Below, piece after piece: positions 12,457-25,506 of a stretch of DNA of 58,378 nucleotides; position 1 is the first letter of the stretch, and each line of letters opens with the position of its first letter. The translations under genes were made by a program, and so were the position numbers. The stretch lies in assembly GCA_000934665.2 (NCBI GenBank), contig JYFJ02002369.1, forward strand, positions 1 through 58,378, in the 5' to 3' direction. The notes under the pieces are model-generated. The model was not told where the DNA came from. It did not search any database and saw nothing but the letters and a program-made list of their open reading frames with translations. The DNA comes from Catajapyx aquilonaris (Eukaryota).

Positions 12457-12570
12457 CATGTTCCTTTGGCAGCTGAGTGAAGCAGAGTGGTGGCCAAGGT
12501 CAAATGACCTCGTCTTTATCAGTCCAGAGAAGCGATGCCAGTTGGAGAATAAGAATAATCCAGGCTTCAT
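12457..12570 (-). CDS. PCBD: PCBD exon 1 of 3 (presequence-like leader ending in a second Met)
   Basis: MKPGLFLFSNWHRFSGLIKTRSFDLGHHSASLSCQRNM followed by GTAGGC donor, phase 0. Full CDS 432 nt = 143 aa. Lies next to the POLR1E start. Confidence 0.7.
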
Positions 12571-12936
12571 TGCCACCCCCTTTTCTTTCTCCTGCTGTGA
12601 CGAAACACCAAAATGATTCAATTAATAATCCCTGTAATAATGATAAACGCAATTTGGCGCACCGCCATTGCCGCCTTTACTAGTTTGAATCCCACGATTG
12701 GCAACACCGTAAAATCTCAGCAACATTCCTTTAATCTTATTAATCTCTAGAAAATGCTTTTTCGCAAATAATTAATGAGGAATCATTGGCATTAGTTTTT
12801 AACTAGCAAAAACCCAAGTCGTAACTGTTGGCAACATTGCGCAAGTGTCGGCATTTCGGCAATGTGCGAGTGTCCTCTACTCTGCTGGTTGTAAACTTGT
12901 AATTTCGGCCAGCTTACCTTGCTACAGACGCATGCA
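12571..12936. promoter_or_regulatory. Probable bidirectional promoter PCBD / POLR1E
   Basis: 366 bp between divergent ATGs, CpG-retaining, with two TTGGCAACA copies (12698-12706, 12828-12836). Inferred from geometry. Confidence 0.65.
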
Positions 12937-13009
12937 ATGAGTGGGACGAAGAAACCGACTGTGGTGGACTTGGTCGAGCACAAGGACGGACGGCTGGAGC
13001 CTCAGATTG
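12937..13009 (+). CDS. POLR1E: RNA polymerase I subunit RPA49, exon 1 of 4
   Basis: MSGTKKPTVVDLVEHKDGRLEPQI then G|GTAAGG donor (phase 1). Joins G|TG to exon 2, giving ...PQIVSFEH. Confidence 0.75.
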
Positions 13010-13340
13010 GTAAGGGAGAGCTGGAGGAAGGCAATCCGGTGGGATTTAGCCTACCTGGACATTATGAGGATTTCGGTGTTTGGGGGAGTGAGACGCAGTG
13101 TCTTGCGCCCGCCATTTGTGGTCCACATGGGCTCAGCTTAGAGGGAATTTTGAGCCTTTGTGTCTGCCATGATATTGTGGTGATTATAAGTAAACCTTAC
13201 TAATGCCTGGGGCAAAAGGTGCAGAAGGATGCTGTAGTCATCATACCATTCATTGCAAAAATTAGCACATTCATTTGTTGCGGGAGACTGGAGAATCATT
13301 CAACCTGTCTCATGAGTGCAACTTTCTGCTGCCCTGCATA

Positions 13341-13486
13341 TAATGTACGGAAAATGAGAGAACGATCTGACGTCATCACAGTTTCCATGGAAATATTGTC
13401 ACAGAACAATATGAGTAAACAGTGTCAACAAAAGCACCAATGGAAGAAATGATGATGTAGATCGTTCTCTCGTTTTCCGTACATTA
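13341..13486. mobile_element. Small TIR MITE
   Basis: TAATGTACGGAAAA(T/C)GAGAGAACGATCT inverted at both ends. Confidence 0.7.
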
Positions 13487-13699
13487 GTGCTACTGGACTG
13501 TAATGTCATAGATGTAGAACATGAAAATATTGTGAAATATAGCATGTAATATTTAAAGTATGATATGCAATCCGATGCAGTAAGTTAATCATGCAACCTT
13601 TAAGACATATGATTAAAAACCATGGGTGAAATTTTCGTCCCACTGCTAGTTACTGCTAACTTAGCAGTACCAGTGTTTTGGGGAGCAGTGGCACTGCCA

Positions 13700-16670
13700 T
13701 CTCACTGGCAGATATCGGAGCCACTATGGTTGATCGCTACTTTCCTAGGGATGATGGTACCTGGGCCACTGCTCTTGCACCCAAGGGAGCTGGCCTACAA
13801 TGATTGCTCTAGTCCTCCCTTCACTGACAGGGAGTGTTGCGAGATGGTGCTGGGCATGTCCCGCAATAAAACACTGGGACCTGAGGAGCTGCCACTGGGC
13901 TGTCTGATCCACATCCTCACGGCTCCGGCTGCATTCTGGGTTGAGCTGCTTAAGATCCTTCTGCGACGCAGTATCTTCCCAGCCTCCTAGAAGAACCCCT
14001 CCGCCTCCTTTGTGTATGAGCACCAGCCGTGATGGCTGGTGCTCATATGCAAAGGAGACGGAGGGGTTCGCCCCATATATGCCTTGCCCCTGCTTTGGGC
14101 AGGGTGTATGACAGGCTGATTAACCAATGGCTGGCGCACTGGGTGGGGCTTCATGGGGTGCTCGCCAACCACTAATAAGGATTTCGCAAACAGAGAGGTG
14201 TGGTGGACACAGTGAAGGTGTTGGTGGGGAGGATAGAAAAGACTTGGGCCTGGAAGTGGCATGGCCTGATCATCACACTGAACATCAGGAATGCATTCAA
14301 TAGTGTTCCCCATGAGAGGATAACATCTGCTCTGCTCCACATGCTGTGCCCTGGAGGATTGCTCAAGATGGTGGAGGGGTTTCTCAGCCCTCGCCAGTTG
14401 TCTGTGACTGGGGTTCATACATGATGGGAAGGGGCTCTCCGCAGGGGTCCAGCCTGGGTCCCTTGCTGTGGACCCTCGTCATGGACTGCTGGTTTGGGTC
14501 GAGGAAATGTGGGGCACAGGCTTACTCTGACGACCAAGTCCTTTTGATATTGGGCCCATCTGTCGACGCTATCCAGAAGACATGGCTGAGACTGGAACCC
14601 ATACTGCGGGAATGGTCATCCTCACTTGGGCTGGAATATAACTGGGCGAAGACTGAGAGTTGGAATGTAAGCCAAGGATTGCCTTTCGGGGGGAACGCAT
14701 AGCCTTGTGCCCCTCCTTGAGGGTCCGCCTTGTGCATAGATGGGAAACTTTCGTGGTTGCCCCACGTTAAAAAGGCGGCAGTGAAGGTGCACAGCAGAGC
14801 GATGCGTCTGTGGAGCATCACTGGACAGAGCTGGGGACTGATGCCGAGGAGCAGGGTACATATCCTGTCTTCGGCCTTGCTCCTGATGTTGCTGTACGGG
14901 GCCGAGATCTGGGGACACTAGACAAGGATCAAAAAGGTCAGGATGCACCTACAGGCTGCCCTCTGTCCCTTCCTACTTACAGCCACCAGAACCTACAAGA
15001 CGCCGCCTAACCATCTATTCTGCGTTCTCAGCGGGACCTTGCCTCTGGTACTGCAGGCCAAGGTGATTTGGCAGGCTTGGAAGACAATTTACTCTGAGGT
15101 CGAGCTGGGACTGGTGAGACTTTCAGTTCCCGGGCAGGACTCTCTGCCGCCGTGGGAATGGATGAGGCCTGACATCAGCACATGGCAGGGGATGCCAGCA
15201 GGAGTAGATCGCCTGATCTTCACAGATGGCTATGTCATGGGGCGGGGGGTCTGAAGGAGCCATAGTTGTCCTGGACAGTGAACTGCGGATCATCGCCTGT
15301 GAGAGCACACCTTTTACCACACCGACCGTGATCTCGGACATTGAACTGGCGATGGTCATGCGGGCTCTGGAGATCGTCGCTTCTTATGAATTGAAGCTGT
15401 CTTCCTGGGTAGTAATTCATACCCCGTTATCAGCCATCGGCTCTTTAGGGGGAAGTTTGTTTTGCCTGGAATTCTTTGCTTTTCATTTTACTGTGCTCTT
15501 TGGGATAGGATAGGGACGGAAGGAAGTGGCTGTGGCCTATTAATTACGGAAACTACTCCGGAATTTTCCTGGAAGGACCGTGGGAAACCTCAGAAAACCA
15601 TGGTCAGAGTTGCCGGCCCCGGGATTTGATCCCAGGACCTCCCGATTAGCAGTCGGACACCATGTCCCCTCCTCCAAACTGCTTCGGTTCTTCCTGGGTA
15701 GCGTCCGACTCCATGTCGACGCTACAGACATTGACGAACTGCCGTTCCATCTCCGCATCGGCCCTGTATGCACAAAGGATCATGAGGGGTGCTCGCTGAG
15801 AGATCCACTTATGCTAGGTAAGGGCGTACCAGGGTACGTTCAGTAATGTGTTGGCCGACCAGGAGGCCAAGAAGGTGAAGCTACTCAGTGTGGGACGATG
15901 GTTCCTACCAGAATCACCTCTCCGCTTGTGTTGCCAGGCTCTCTGCAAAGCACTGGAAACTTGGTAACAGGTCTGGGAGGAATGGATCAACAATTGGTAT
16001 TTCGGCTTCTCCTCTGTGGTCTGCAACCAGTGCCACATACATGGCCATCTAGCCAGGATTTTGTCAGGACATGGCCCCTTCAGGGCTTACATGCACTGCT
16101 TTCATTGGGACGAGGACCCAGAGACAGAGGATGAGGACCAGGAGGGAGGAGCTGGTTTGAACAAGGGACTCGGACAATGTGGAATGTGGAGATGGAGCAC
16201 AAGATGAGAAACATGTCATCTGGACCTGTGCCCTCCCCAAGATAGTGACAGGCCGGGGGGTGGGGGGGGGGGGTGTACGTTGAGTGGCAGTGTCCAAAGG
16301 GTTGGGCTGGCTGTACTCCAGGGTGACCTTGGTAATGGAGCTGCTACCCAAGCTTCAATAAGATTGGCTTGATGGCGGATCGCATCTTGTCTCAGCTGAA
16401 TGCCTGGAGTGGTTGGAGACAACGTAGGACACAGTAACTAACCAGGGGCGGCCTGTAGCTGTGGCTGGGTGGCATCGAGCTGGAAGGGCACCAAACTCGG
16501 GCCAAGGACTACCATGCCGCTGGTGCTCGAGAAGACTGATGCCATGCAGAAGACCCCCAGTAGAGGCGATCAGACGGGTGACGGCCTGGCAAACTGAGAT
16601 TTGCTGCTGACTCCCCTTGCCTTAAGATGCTCTAAAATTGATGTAATGTAAATTTGATGCAATGGCCGGG
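13700..16670 (+). mobile_element. 5'-truncated, decayed non-LTR retrotransposon (RT + RNase H; R1/LOA-like)
   Basis: Frameshifted motifs in order: KTLGPEELP, LNIRNAFNSV, GSPQGSSLGPLLW, AYSDD, WGL, YGAEIW, LIFTDG, ASDSMSTL, NVLADQEAK, ILSGHGPF. Lies in POLR1E intron 1; ends approximate. Confidence 0.88.
15413..15688 (-). mobile_element. tRNA-derived SINE inserted in the RNase H domain
   Basis: B box GGATCAAATCCC; 13-bp TSD TCTTCCTGGGTAG (15400-15412, 15689-15701). Removing it restores SWV-ASDS. Confidence 0.85.
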
Positions 16671-16699
16671 TCACTCAAACTCTGACAAGTACTAGTGTT

Positions 16700-17049
16700 T
16701 TTATTATTATTTTTATTTAAAAAAAACTTTACCCTGTGATAGGACCTTAGGCCCTTTTAGGGGGATGGCACACCACCATCAGTTTTCTAGTATTTTCATA
16801 CTCTTTTCTTCGAAACAAGGAAATGGGGTGAGGGTGGGGATTTTTTGGGGAGGGAACATGGGTGCAAGTGCAGTGTTGGTAATTGGGTCAAGTGCTGTTC
16901 CCCAGGAGGTTAGGTTGCCAGACACCTCCAAGGCGCAGTTCAGAGACCCTCCTGACGCAGGCGAAAGGGAACTCCCAGGTGGGGATCGAACCTGGGACCT
17001 TTCACTCAGCAAGCCGAGGCGTTACCATCTCGGCCACCACACCTTCCCC
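16700..17049 (-). mobile_element. tRNA-derived SINE, family B
   Basis: A box TGGCCGAGATGGT, B box GGTTCGATCCC, A-rich tail; 16-bp TSD GACAAGTACT(A/G)GTGTT. Confidence 0.88.
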
Positions 17050-17294
17050 GACAAGTACTGGTGTTGGCACTGGTATTGATAAGTTAGCAGTATCTAGCAG
17101 TGTTCAACACCATGTTAGTATTTTGACTCTTATTACGTAATAATACTTCAGTTTCTATAAAACATGGAAAGTCTATTTCTTTTGTAGTAACCCTGCATCA
17201 TTTAAACAGTGCTAGGATGCAGTTAACTCATAAATGACAGTTGAAAGGATTATGGAACTATGGGTGTCAAATTACTGATGAAACACTTCTTTTT

Positions 17295-17586
17295 GGTAAT
17301 ATCCTGTGATGGGACCAGGGGCCCTTTTTTTTGGGGGGGGGGGGGGNNNNNNNNGAAGGAGGAGAAGGTTCCCAAGGGGGATCTTAAATAGTTTTTAGTC
17401 ATTTCAGACCCTCTTAAATACCAGACCTTTTCTCTTGGCCCTGCAAGGGCGTGTAATTCTGCCCGAACATGTTGGGTGAAAAGAGGAAAAAGACCCGACC
17501 GATCGAAGGTGACGGGGATGGGATTTGAACCATGAACCTCCCGATTGTCTGGCCAGTAGCATAGCCACCAGACCACCATGTCCCCC
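17295..17586 (-). mobile_element. tRNA-derived SINE, family C
   Basis: A box TGGTCTGGTGG, B box GGTTCAAATCCC; spans a short N gap; head is ~37 nt from the POLR1E exon 2 acceptor. Confidence 0.8.
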
Positions 17587-17623
17587 GATGGAAATTTATT
17601 ATGGCTCACATTCTGCATTTCAG

Positions 17624-18078
17624 TGAGTTTTGAGCATGCCACAGCGCGACCTGAGAGCCTGTCTGGATTCCAAGTGGCAGTCTACGAGCATAAGATGGAT
17701 GAGGGGAAACCAAAGCCTCGCCGACTAGTTGCTGCCAAGACTTCACATCTGACCTACCTGGGCTTCAACCATGGCCAGTGTACACTCCTTGCAGATGATT
17801 GCCACATCATTCTGGCTGTCAGAAACAGGAGGAGCAACCACATGCGCCTGTTTGAGTCTAGCCTTATTCAACTGTCACCAGCTATGCAGAGGGAAGATCA
17901 AAATCGGAGCCTGGAAGACACTCCTGAAGGGAAGCCTTACCGGGACCAGTTCAGGGATCTTACTAAGAATTTTGGAACGGCTGCCAAGAGGAGGCGCCTT
18001 GAGGCAAGGGAACGGGTGGAGGTGAACGATGATCCATTGGCAAATGAGACCTTGGAGCGCATTGGGAGAGTGGCACAG
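17624..18078 (+). CDS. POLR1E: RPA49 exon 2 of 4
   Basis: tttcAG acceptor and CAG|GTGAGA donor. VSFEHA...RRLVAAKTSHLTYLG...LTKNFGTAAKRRRL matches the A49-family FG.K.R motif. Confidence 0.88.
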
Positions 18079-18636
18079 GTGAGAAAGCAACTCAGTCATT
18101 ATTGATGTGGGAAATTCATCCTTTTCCATTTACACAGTTGGGTCATTCCATGTCAATTCAGGAAATGGCTGTGACTCGACCTCTTTCGATTTTGTTTAAA
18201 AATATTACGTGTGTAGTCATGCAGGACTTAATGTCAAATCCAAAATTGTACACTCCTGGAGTTATATTTCACCGAGATATAAGCACGACAATCTCAACAA
18301 TGTACACACACCGCCATATATTCCATTGTTAAACCATTACATTGTATATCTACATGATACATATCAAATGAAAGGTAATGAACAGGAGAATTTTATGGTG
18401 AAATAAAATTTCATCAAATGTTTTATTTTTAATTATAAAAGAATAAAACGCACAATCTCAATTTACTCTATATTTCGGATGGCTGTAAATCCCCCAATAT
18501 TTGTGCCATCTGCTTTAAATTTGGCCAGTAGCACTTATGGTAGTATATACATCTGCCTGTAAAATATGTTCGTTCTAGGTGAAGTAGTCTTGGAAATAAA
18601 AAATTCTGAATATTAGAAAATTCACAAATTCGACAA

Positions 18637-18950
18637 TTTCATGAATTTTTTTCTCTATGTGGGGCTGGACCGATTTCGGCGTTTTATGTATCAATCTATG
18701 CACAGGATCAAGAGCGTTCTAGTGATATGAACCTCATCGTTTGCTGACAAATGATAAGGTCGTGGTGAATTTTTACTTGCCATGCATATTCTTGCATATA
18801 AGCATGGCAAGTAAAAATTCACCACGACCTTATCATTTGTTGGCAAACGATGATTTTCATATCACTAGAATGCTCTTGATCTTGCGCATCGATTGATATA
18901 TAAAAGGCCGAAATCTGCCCATCCCCACATAAAGAAAAAAATGATGAAAT
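18637..18950. repeat. ~310-bp imperfect palindrome
   Basis: Arms of ~145 bp around the 16-nt spacer ATATTCTTGCATATAA. Confidence 0.85.
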
Positions 18951-19419
18951 ATAATATGATGATGATGATGCTTATATGCACATATGCAAAAACTCTTTAC
19001 TTCGGATATTCCCAACCCACCTTGTTTCTGGTACATTCTTGACATTTGGATAATAGAATCTTATTAAAGGTTCATTTCCCATGAACAGTTGATGTGATAG
19101 GTCAAGCAGTCTTCGAAATAACACATTGTAACCATTTGTTGATACTAGAGATTTTTTTCAGGTTTTTTCATGTGGTATAAATATTCTCAGCATTATGATT
19201 GAACTCTTTATCTCCCGCTGTCCCAAAAATCGGGACAACGAAAAAATCGCTCTATCTTGAATGTCAAGGTCACGGTGTGGCTGGCTGAGATGTCGTCGGA
19301 ATTGTTACAATATAAGACTCATGTGACAGATATTGATGTTTTTAGTCAAAGACTTGGTTATAAAATGTTGATGTGAAAAAAATGCAAAAAATCTGAATTT
19401 CGTTCAATTTTTAACATTT

Positions 19420-19751
19420 TTATTTCTATTTATTTTTTACTCCTGAGAACAATGCCCTTATTGGAGGTTGGCACACCACCATCAGTTTTCCATATACAAT
19501 TTTATCTTCAGTCTCTGGTGCAAGTAATCGAGGACGTATGGTAGGGATATGGATTTTTGAGGAGGGGACACCGTAGTTGCAAGTGCAATGTTTTTAAACG
19601 GGCCATGTGCAGTCCCCCAGTAGGTTAGGTTGCCAGACACCTCCAATGCACGGGTCAGAGACCCTCCTGACACAGGCGAAAGGGGAGCGAAGCCAGGACC
19701 TTCTGCTCAGCAAGCCGAGCCGTTAACCGGCTCAGACTCCACGCCTCCCCC
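19420..19751 (-). mobile_element. tRNA-derived SINE, family B (diverged)
   Basis: Shares the AGGTTAGGTTGCCAGACACCTCC...CAGAGACCCTCCTGAC core with 16700-17049. Confidence 0.8.
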
Positions 19752-20583
19752 GAATTTCGCGCCATTATCTAGCTCTTAGAAGTGCAATAATGCTTATATG
19801 GAGTGAAAAACTGTTCACGTGCATGCCTCAGGTCCTCTTCTATACAACGCATAAGTTTGACGTTTAGGTCCAGCGATAAGGTGGTAAAAAAAAGTGCTTG
19901 AGGATTGGGTTACGGTTGCTTGCACTAGTGTCCCATTCAATGCAGCGTTGCCTTATATTTCCTTCCTTACGCTAAAATAACCCATGAAAACATTTTGGAG
20001 TTGAAGCTAGTCATTATTGACATCATTCAGTTACACGACGGGGAAAAACAAGGCGTAACAAAGTACGTAATTAGAAAAACATGGCAGCCATATTTGATAT
20101 AGACTCCAGCAATTATTATTATGGTGTAATTTCTAAATTTCATGATTTACTTCCGGAACTGTAATGAATGGTCATGAATTTCATTATGCTCATTGGGCCG
20201 ATAGTGAATGACTATGAAACACGGATGTAACATTTCTGGACTGTGAATTTGGTGCGTTACAGATGATTCATTGGAAGAATTCATGAAAAAATGCAATAGA
20301 TGTCGCCAATGGCCAATTGTTAACAGCTAACTCTGATTAAAAGGCTGGCTTTGATGAAGCCGGCAGGAAAAAAAGGCGCTGACTCATCCAGATGTGGCCG
20401 ATGACAAGGCGTGGGTGAAAAAAAAATATAACCCCATCTGCGTGAAATTCATTATGGTGGGATATAATGGTTAAGGGCAATCAATTGAAGGTCACAAAAT
20501 GAATGATAAATGTATTCATTACTTCCATGTTTCATCCATTCCTGTAGTGTCTGATCATATGAGAGAGCACAATAACCTTTCTA

Positions 20584-21153
20584 CCGTGTTACCTCACATA
20601 AAGCGGCATGCCAGTATAAAACGAGGTCGACCAGCATGCCGGTATAACCCGGGGGGTGGCCGGCATGCCGCAGTAACCGAGGTAGATTTCCGTAATTTTG
20701 ATCCGTGCCAAATTTTGTGGAATGCTTCTGGTATTGTACCATGCTAAAATAATGTTACAATGAAAATGGGCAAGTGTACAGGCTGTGAGAATATGTCAGT
20801 TCTGTTGCACAGTGCATTTAAAAAATGTAGAGTGTGTGACCAATCCCATCGTCAGCCTGCTTTGACAGGGGAACCCCCTGCTCTAACATACTGTTTAAAT
20901 AGAGATTATTGCCAAACACTGCAATTGAAAACAATATAATTACGGTACAGTACCCTATTTGGAAAATGTGCCTTTTCGATAGCCTTTATGTGAATTTCGA
21001 TTTCAGGCAAATGTCAAGTTCAGAAAGGATAATGTAACTTATGTGAAAACCTCGCCTTATACCGGCATGCCAGTATAGCCACCAGATCATGCATTTCTAA
21101 AAACTGGTCGACCTCGGCTACACCGGCATGCCGCTTTATGTGAGGTAATACGG
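20584..21153. mobile_element. pogo/Tigger-like MITE, copy 1
   Basis: TA TSD; TIR CCGT(G/A)TTACCTCACATAAAGCGGCATGCC. Confidence 0.8.
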
Positions 21154-21257
21154 TAATGCATAATTATGTTTCGGTGTCTGAAGTGCATAAGTTGGGATTG
21201 CTGTTGCTGCACTTACTTTTCTAACTTTGAACAATATTGGGTTGCAAGAGAGAATTA

Positions 21258-22190
21258 TGAGGGCGAATCAAAATGAATTGAGACTGATTTTTTATGTGAT
21301 AATATTATGTGATAGTTCATGACTTTTCATGAGTGATATCGTGTCCAGAATGGCTTGAAGTATTAGATCACTCATTTTTGTTCAAATCTTCCAAGATCCC
21401 AGGCGATGGTGACACCAGAAGTAGGCTTAGGTTCACATATTCCTCCACTCTGCCAGGACGTCGGAGGTAAGGACCAATATTCAGCGTCGAGGTTTTGCTA
21501 CCGTTTGAAGAAAAGAGCCACAGAGGTGTATGACATGCTAAGATTATAAATAGCAGATACTGGTCACCATGTGAGGCCACAAGACGTTTCAACTCTTCGA
21601 AAACCTCCACCCAAATTTGCCTCTTCTCTGGAGTAAACAGTCTGGGGCCCCATCACATCGTGTGCAAATGCGTCGCATGGGCAAATGGTCATTGCAAAAT
21701 CATGTGGGCACTACCACGGTGGATTCCACACATTCTGGAAAGGTCATGGATGGTTATGTATCGATCTTCCCAGACAATCACTGCACACATGGTGTTAATG
21801 ATCGCCTCTCTCTTGACTGATGGGAGCCTGCAGACCTGTCTCTATAAATGAGGACTACCGTCCCTTGCTGAATGCCTTGTACCATTGGAATGCTGTGCAA
21901 CACTCCTTCACCATTCAACTCTCTTGGCATATTGTATACCTCCAGAGCAGTTGCCTTCAAACAGAAGCAAAACCTCAACACTGAATATTGGTCATCACCG
22001 CTGACCTCCTGCCAGAATATAAACCTATGCCTACTTCCGGTGTCACCATCGCCTGGGATTTTGGAATATTTGAACAAAAATTGGTGTTCTAATACTTGAA
22101 GCCATTCTGGACATGATGCCACTCACTGTGAGACATAAACTAATTCTCATCATCACATAAAAAATCAGTCTAAATTTGTTTTGACCCTTG
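21258..22190 (-). mobile_element. Decayed long-TIR mariner-like element
   Basis: TA flanks; ~250-bp imperfect inverted arms (21258-21520 / 21940-22190). Confidence 0.7.
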
Positions 22191-22287
22191 TACTTTTTAA
22201 ACTCACTTTTTTGAACTGGAATGAACTGAGTTGTGTAATTGTTACTTGACAATCTCTCAGTATATTTATGATTTATTTCCATTTCAG

Positions 22288-22844
22288 GAAGGAGTTGACA
22301 TGACTGACCTGAAGGGCCCAGAGGTACTAGATGAAGGAATTGCAGCTCTTCTTCCTTCATGTGACCGTAATGCATCAAACCCATATGATGTCTACAATAT
22401 GGACTCCATTGTGACTTCTGATGTACATGACATCATGGCTAGCTATGAGGATGGCGTTTTGGATGCAACTGATGAAGAGATTCAGTCATGGAAAGATAAT
22501 GACCGATATTCCAGCCTTTTCTTCGCCTGCCTGGAGTCCATTAAACGAGTTGTTGATGATGACCGCCGGCGAAAGAATGCAAGGGCACTCATATTTATGG
22601 AGTGTTTAGTGAAGATATCCTTGCTGCGCAACACACAGCGTGCCAAAACAACCATACCTCAGGAGTTTCCTAAGCTACTGAAAGATGCTGTCATAAAGCG
22701 TTTTACACCAGGGAAGGCACAGACTAACTCAACCACATTTAAGGACAAGGCTGCATGTCATATCATAATTATTGCACTATTGCTCAGCGATCTCAAAATT
22801 GACCTGCAGGCTGTGACCTCCAGTTTGCATCTACGAGTTCATAA
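22288..22844 (+). CDS. POLR1E: RPA49 exon 3 of 4
   Basis: atttcAG acceptor and AA|GTAAGT donor. LLPSCDRNASNPYDVYNMDSIV...DKAACHIIIIALLL are A49 tandem winged-helix region motifs. Confidence 0.9.
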
Positions 22845-23806
22845 GTAAGTTTTGGTAGTCACATATATGGTATCCACAAGTTAATGACTAAAAAAATTTC
22901 TAAGAGAAACATCATAGCTCACAAGACCCTAATAAGTTATATATTTTGCATTGAGCTTATTTGAATATCCTGTTGTTGTCACATGCCCTTGATAGTTGTG
23001 GCTGTTAGCCTGCAGTTTCCTTGCACAAGCAGGTCCATAAGGAAGATTCTCAGTCCACTGCATTTTCCAATTCTATCAGCGGTTCCACCACAGTTTACTG
23101 ATGGAGTGGGTTTGTTGTCTTAATGCTAAGACCAAAATAATAATAGCAGCAACTAATAATTGTAGAAGTTAAAACATGGGGACCCTGCCTGTATTTCTGC
23201 TGATACTGTTGAACCCGATTCCCCATGGTTTGGACTGCAAATTCACTGCAATGGGGACTCCCACATTTATCTGCCACTTTAAATATTAAATGCCTTGGGC
23301 ATTTACAGCATATTTATAATTTTAATTGTGACCAGTCTATTGATTTAGTCTCAGTGTCAATTTTCTCTTGTAATTTTGGCACAACAGTGACTTTAGGCAT
23401 AATTTTAGCAGCAACAACAGCAAAATCTGGAGCCATTTCAACTACTTTTCGTTGCCTCATCACATTTGCATGCACTCGTAACTTTCTTGAACCACCACAC
23501 CAATCTATCACACCTTTGCCACCTTTGCAAAAACGCGAAAATACCGCTCGTCTAATTTGGGTTTAAAGAATTAAAATGAAAGGCACAGGCATAAAATTTT
23601 GCAATTTTAATTTTTCAACATTTTCAGGAATACTGAAATTTTTGCGCGGGCCGCACAAATTGTCTTTGCGGGCTGTAGTTTGCCCACCCCTGCTTTAGAA
23701 GCTATAGTTTTATGCTGGTCTTGTATCAGTAGTCAAGATTTTCACCTGCTGTCAGGGAATATGCATGAAAGTAGGTAGTGGGCTGGAACTTTTACATTTG
23801 TTAATA

Positions 23807-24629
23807 CAGTGGAACTTGTGTATTACAGAATCACAGGCGACCCTAAAAATTTCTGTAATGGATAGGTTTCCGCTATATTCAGATCAAGGATGTTGCTAAG
23901 TTTTTTTGCTGGTGAGAAAGAGGGGAAAATAGGGAGAGCAAAAATAAGCACCTTACCTTCAATAGGGTGCAAAATCAGTCCACCACACACCACACACTTT
24001 TTTCAGAGAAATTATGCGCCTGTTGTGGAAACTTTCCAGCCACTCATTTGAAACACTAAGTTTTGCCATACCAAGTTTTTGGACTATTAATTTTGCCTGC
24101 TCTTTTGAACCATCTGCTCAGACACAAGCAATATATTGAGCCTTTGTCAACCCCTTCCTCTCCCCCGATGTTTTAAAACTGGGCTGAACAGTGAACTTGA
24201 AGGCATAGCACCTACAAATCACAAGTCACAATCTTCTTGCNTACAGAATCACAGGCGACCCTAAAAATTTCTGTAATGGATAGGTTTCCGCTATATTCAG
24301 ATCAAGGATGTTGCTAAGTTTTTTTGCTGGTGAGAAAGAGGGGAAAATAGGGAGAGCAAAAATAAGCACCTTACCTTCAATAGGGTGCAAAATCAGTCCA
24401 CCACACACCACACACTTTTTTCAGAGAAATTATGCGCCTGTTGTGGAATATGAACAGGGATTTCCTTTGAAGGGAGACAAAAATCCCTTCCGTTTCCACG
24501 TTGGGCAGGTTCCGTAATATCCGTCAAAAAATACATTGCATGCCCTATGCACATGCCCATTCACGGAATTTTTTTTGCAATGGATAGGTTTCCACTCTAT
24601 CCAGGGTCCGTAATGGGCAGGTTTCACTG
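23807..24629. mobile_element. Tigger-like MITE spanning an assembly join
   Basis: TA-flanked CAGTGGAAC.../...GTTTCACTG; 207-bp exact duplication either side of the N at 24241. Confidence 0.6.
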
Positions 24630-24678
24630 TATCTTACTCAATTAGAGAAAACATGAAGAAGCTGCCTATGGAGTCTTA

Positions 24679-25434
24679 CTGTATTACCTCACTTAAAGCG
24701 GCATGCCGGTATAGTCGAGGTCGACCAGTTTTTAGAAATGCATGATCTGGTGGCTGTACCGGCATGCTGGTATAAAGCGAGGTTTTCACTTAATTAACCA
24801 TTTATTAGTATTAGCAATATAATTACGATATAATTAGTATTAACTGCCTATAGCAGAGTGCCTGAAGTATTGAACCAGTGAAAACTGCGACCAGATATTG
24901 AGCAAAATGAAGGACGTAAGGATTTCGCCTGGATTCTGTGTGATGGAGTAGGGGGGTTCCTCTCTCAGAGCAGGCTGAATATGGGATTAGTCACACTATG
25001 CACTGTGCAACAGACGAGCTTGCATATTCTCACAGCCCTGTACTCGTCAATTTTTCACCATAACATTAAGGTGAAGTGGGGTAAGTGCATACACGGGGTA
25101 AGTGCATACACGGGCCGCCATATTGGAATGAAAATGGCTGACGACACCAAAACGCGTCAAGCACTCTGTTGTGTAGCTGCACATAACATCCCCACAAGAG
25201 GTTGGTGTCGTCAGCCATTTTCATTCCAATATGGCGGCCCGTGTACGCACTTACCCCACTTCACCTTATTTTAGTACGACCTTCGAACCGCATTGTAAAA
25301 TATTTGACAACCTTGGATCAAAATTATAGAAATCTACCTCGGTTATTACGGCATGCCGGCCACCCCTGAGTTATACTGGTATGCTGGTCAACATTGTTTT
25401 ATACCGGCATGTCGCTTTAAGTGAGGTAATACAG
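24679..25434. mobile_element. pogo/Tigger-like MITE, copy 2 (inverted), with nested fold-back MITE 25069-25266
   Basis: Same TIR family as 20584-21153; the nested element has TA flanks and long arms beginning AGGTGAAGTGGGGTAAGTGC. Confidence 0.8.
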
Positions 25435-25506
25435 TATATTATTAACAGGGTGCAATGTATTAGTGGAACATGAGATTCTTAACCACAACTTTCTTTATTC
25501 TTACAG

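Noticed and set aside
13700..16670. Functional link between an R1-like element and a Pol I subunit gene
   Set aside because: There is no rDNA target sequence in the flanks, and many elements of this group insert non-specifically.
23824..24448. Exact 207-bp duplication (23824-24030, 24242-24448)
   Set aside because: The second copy starts right after a single N, so this is most likely a contig-overlap artefact.
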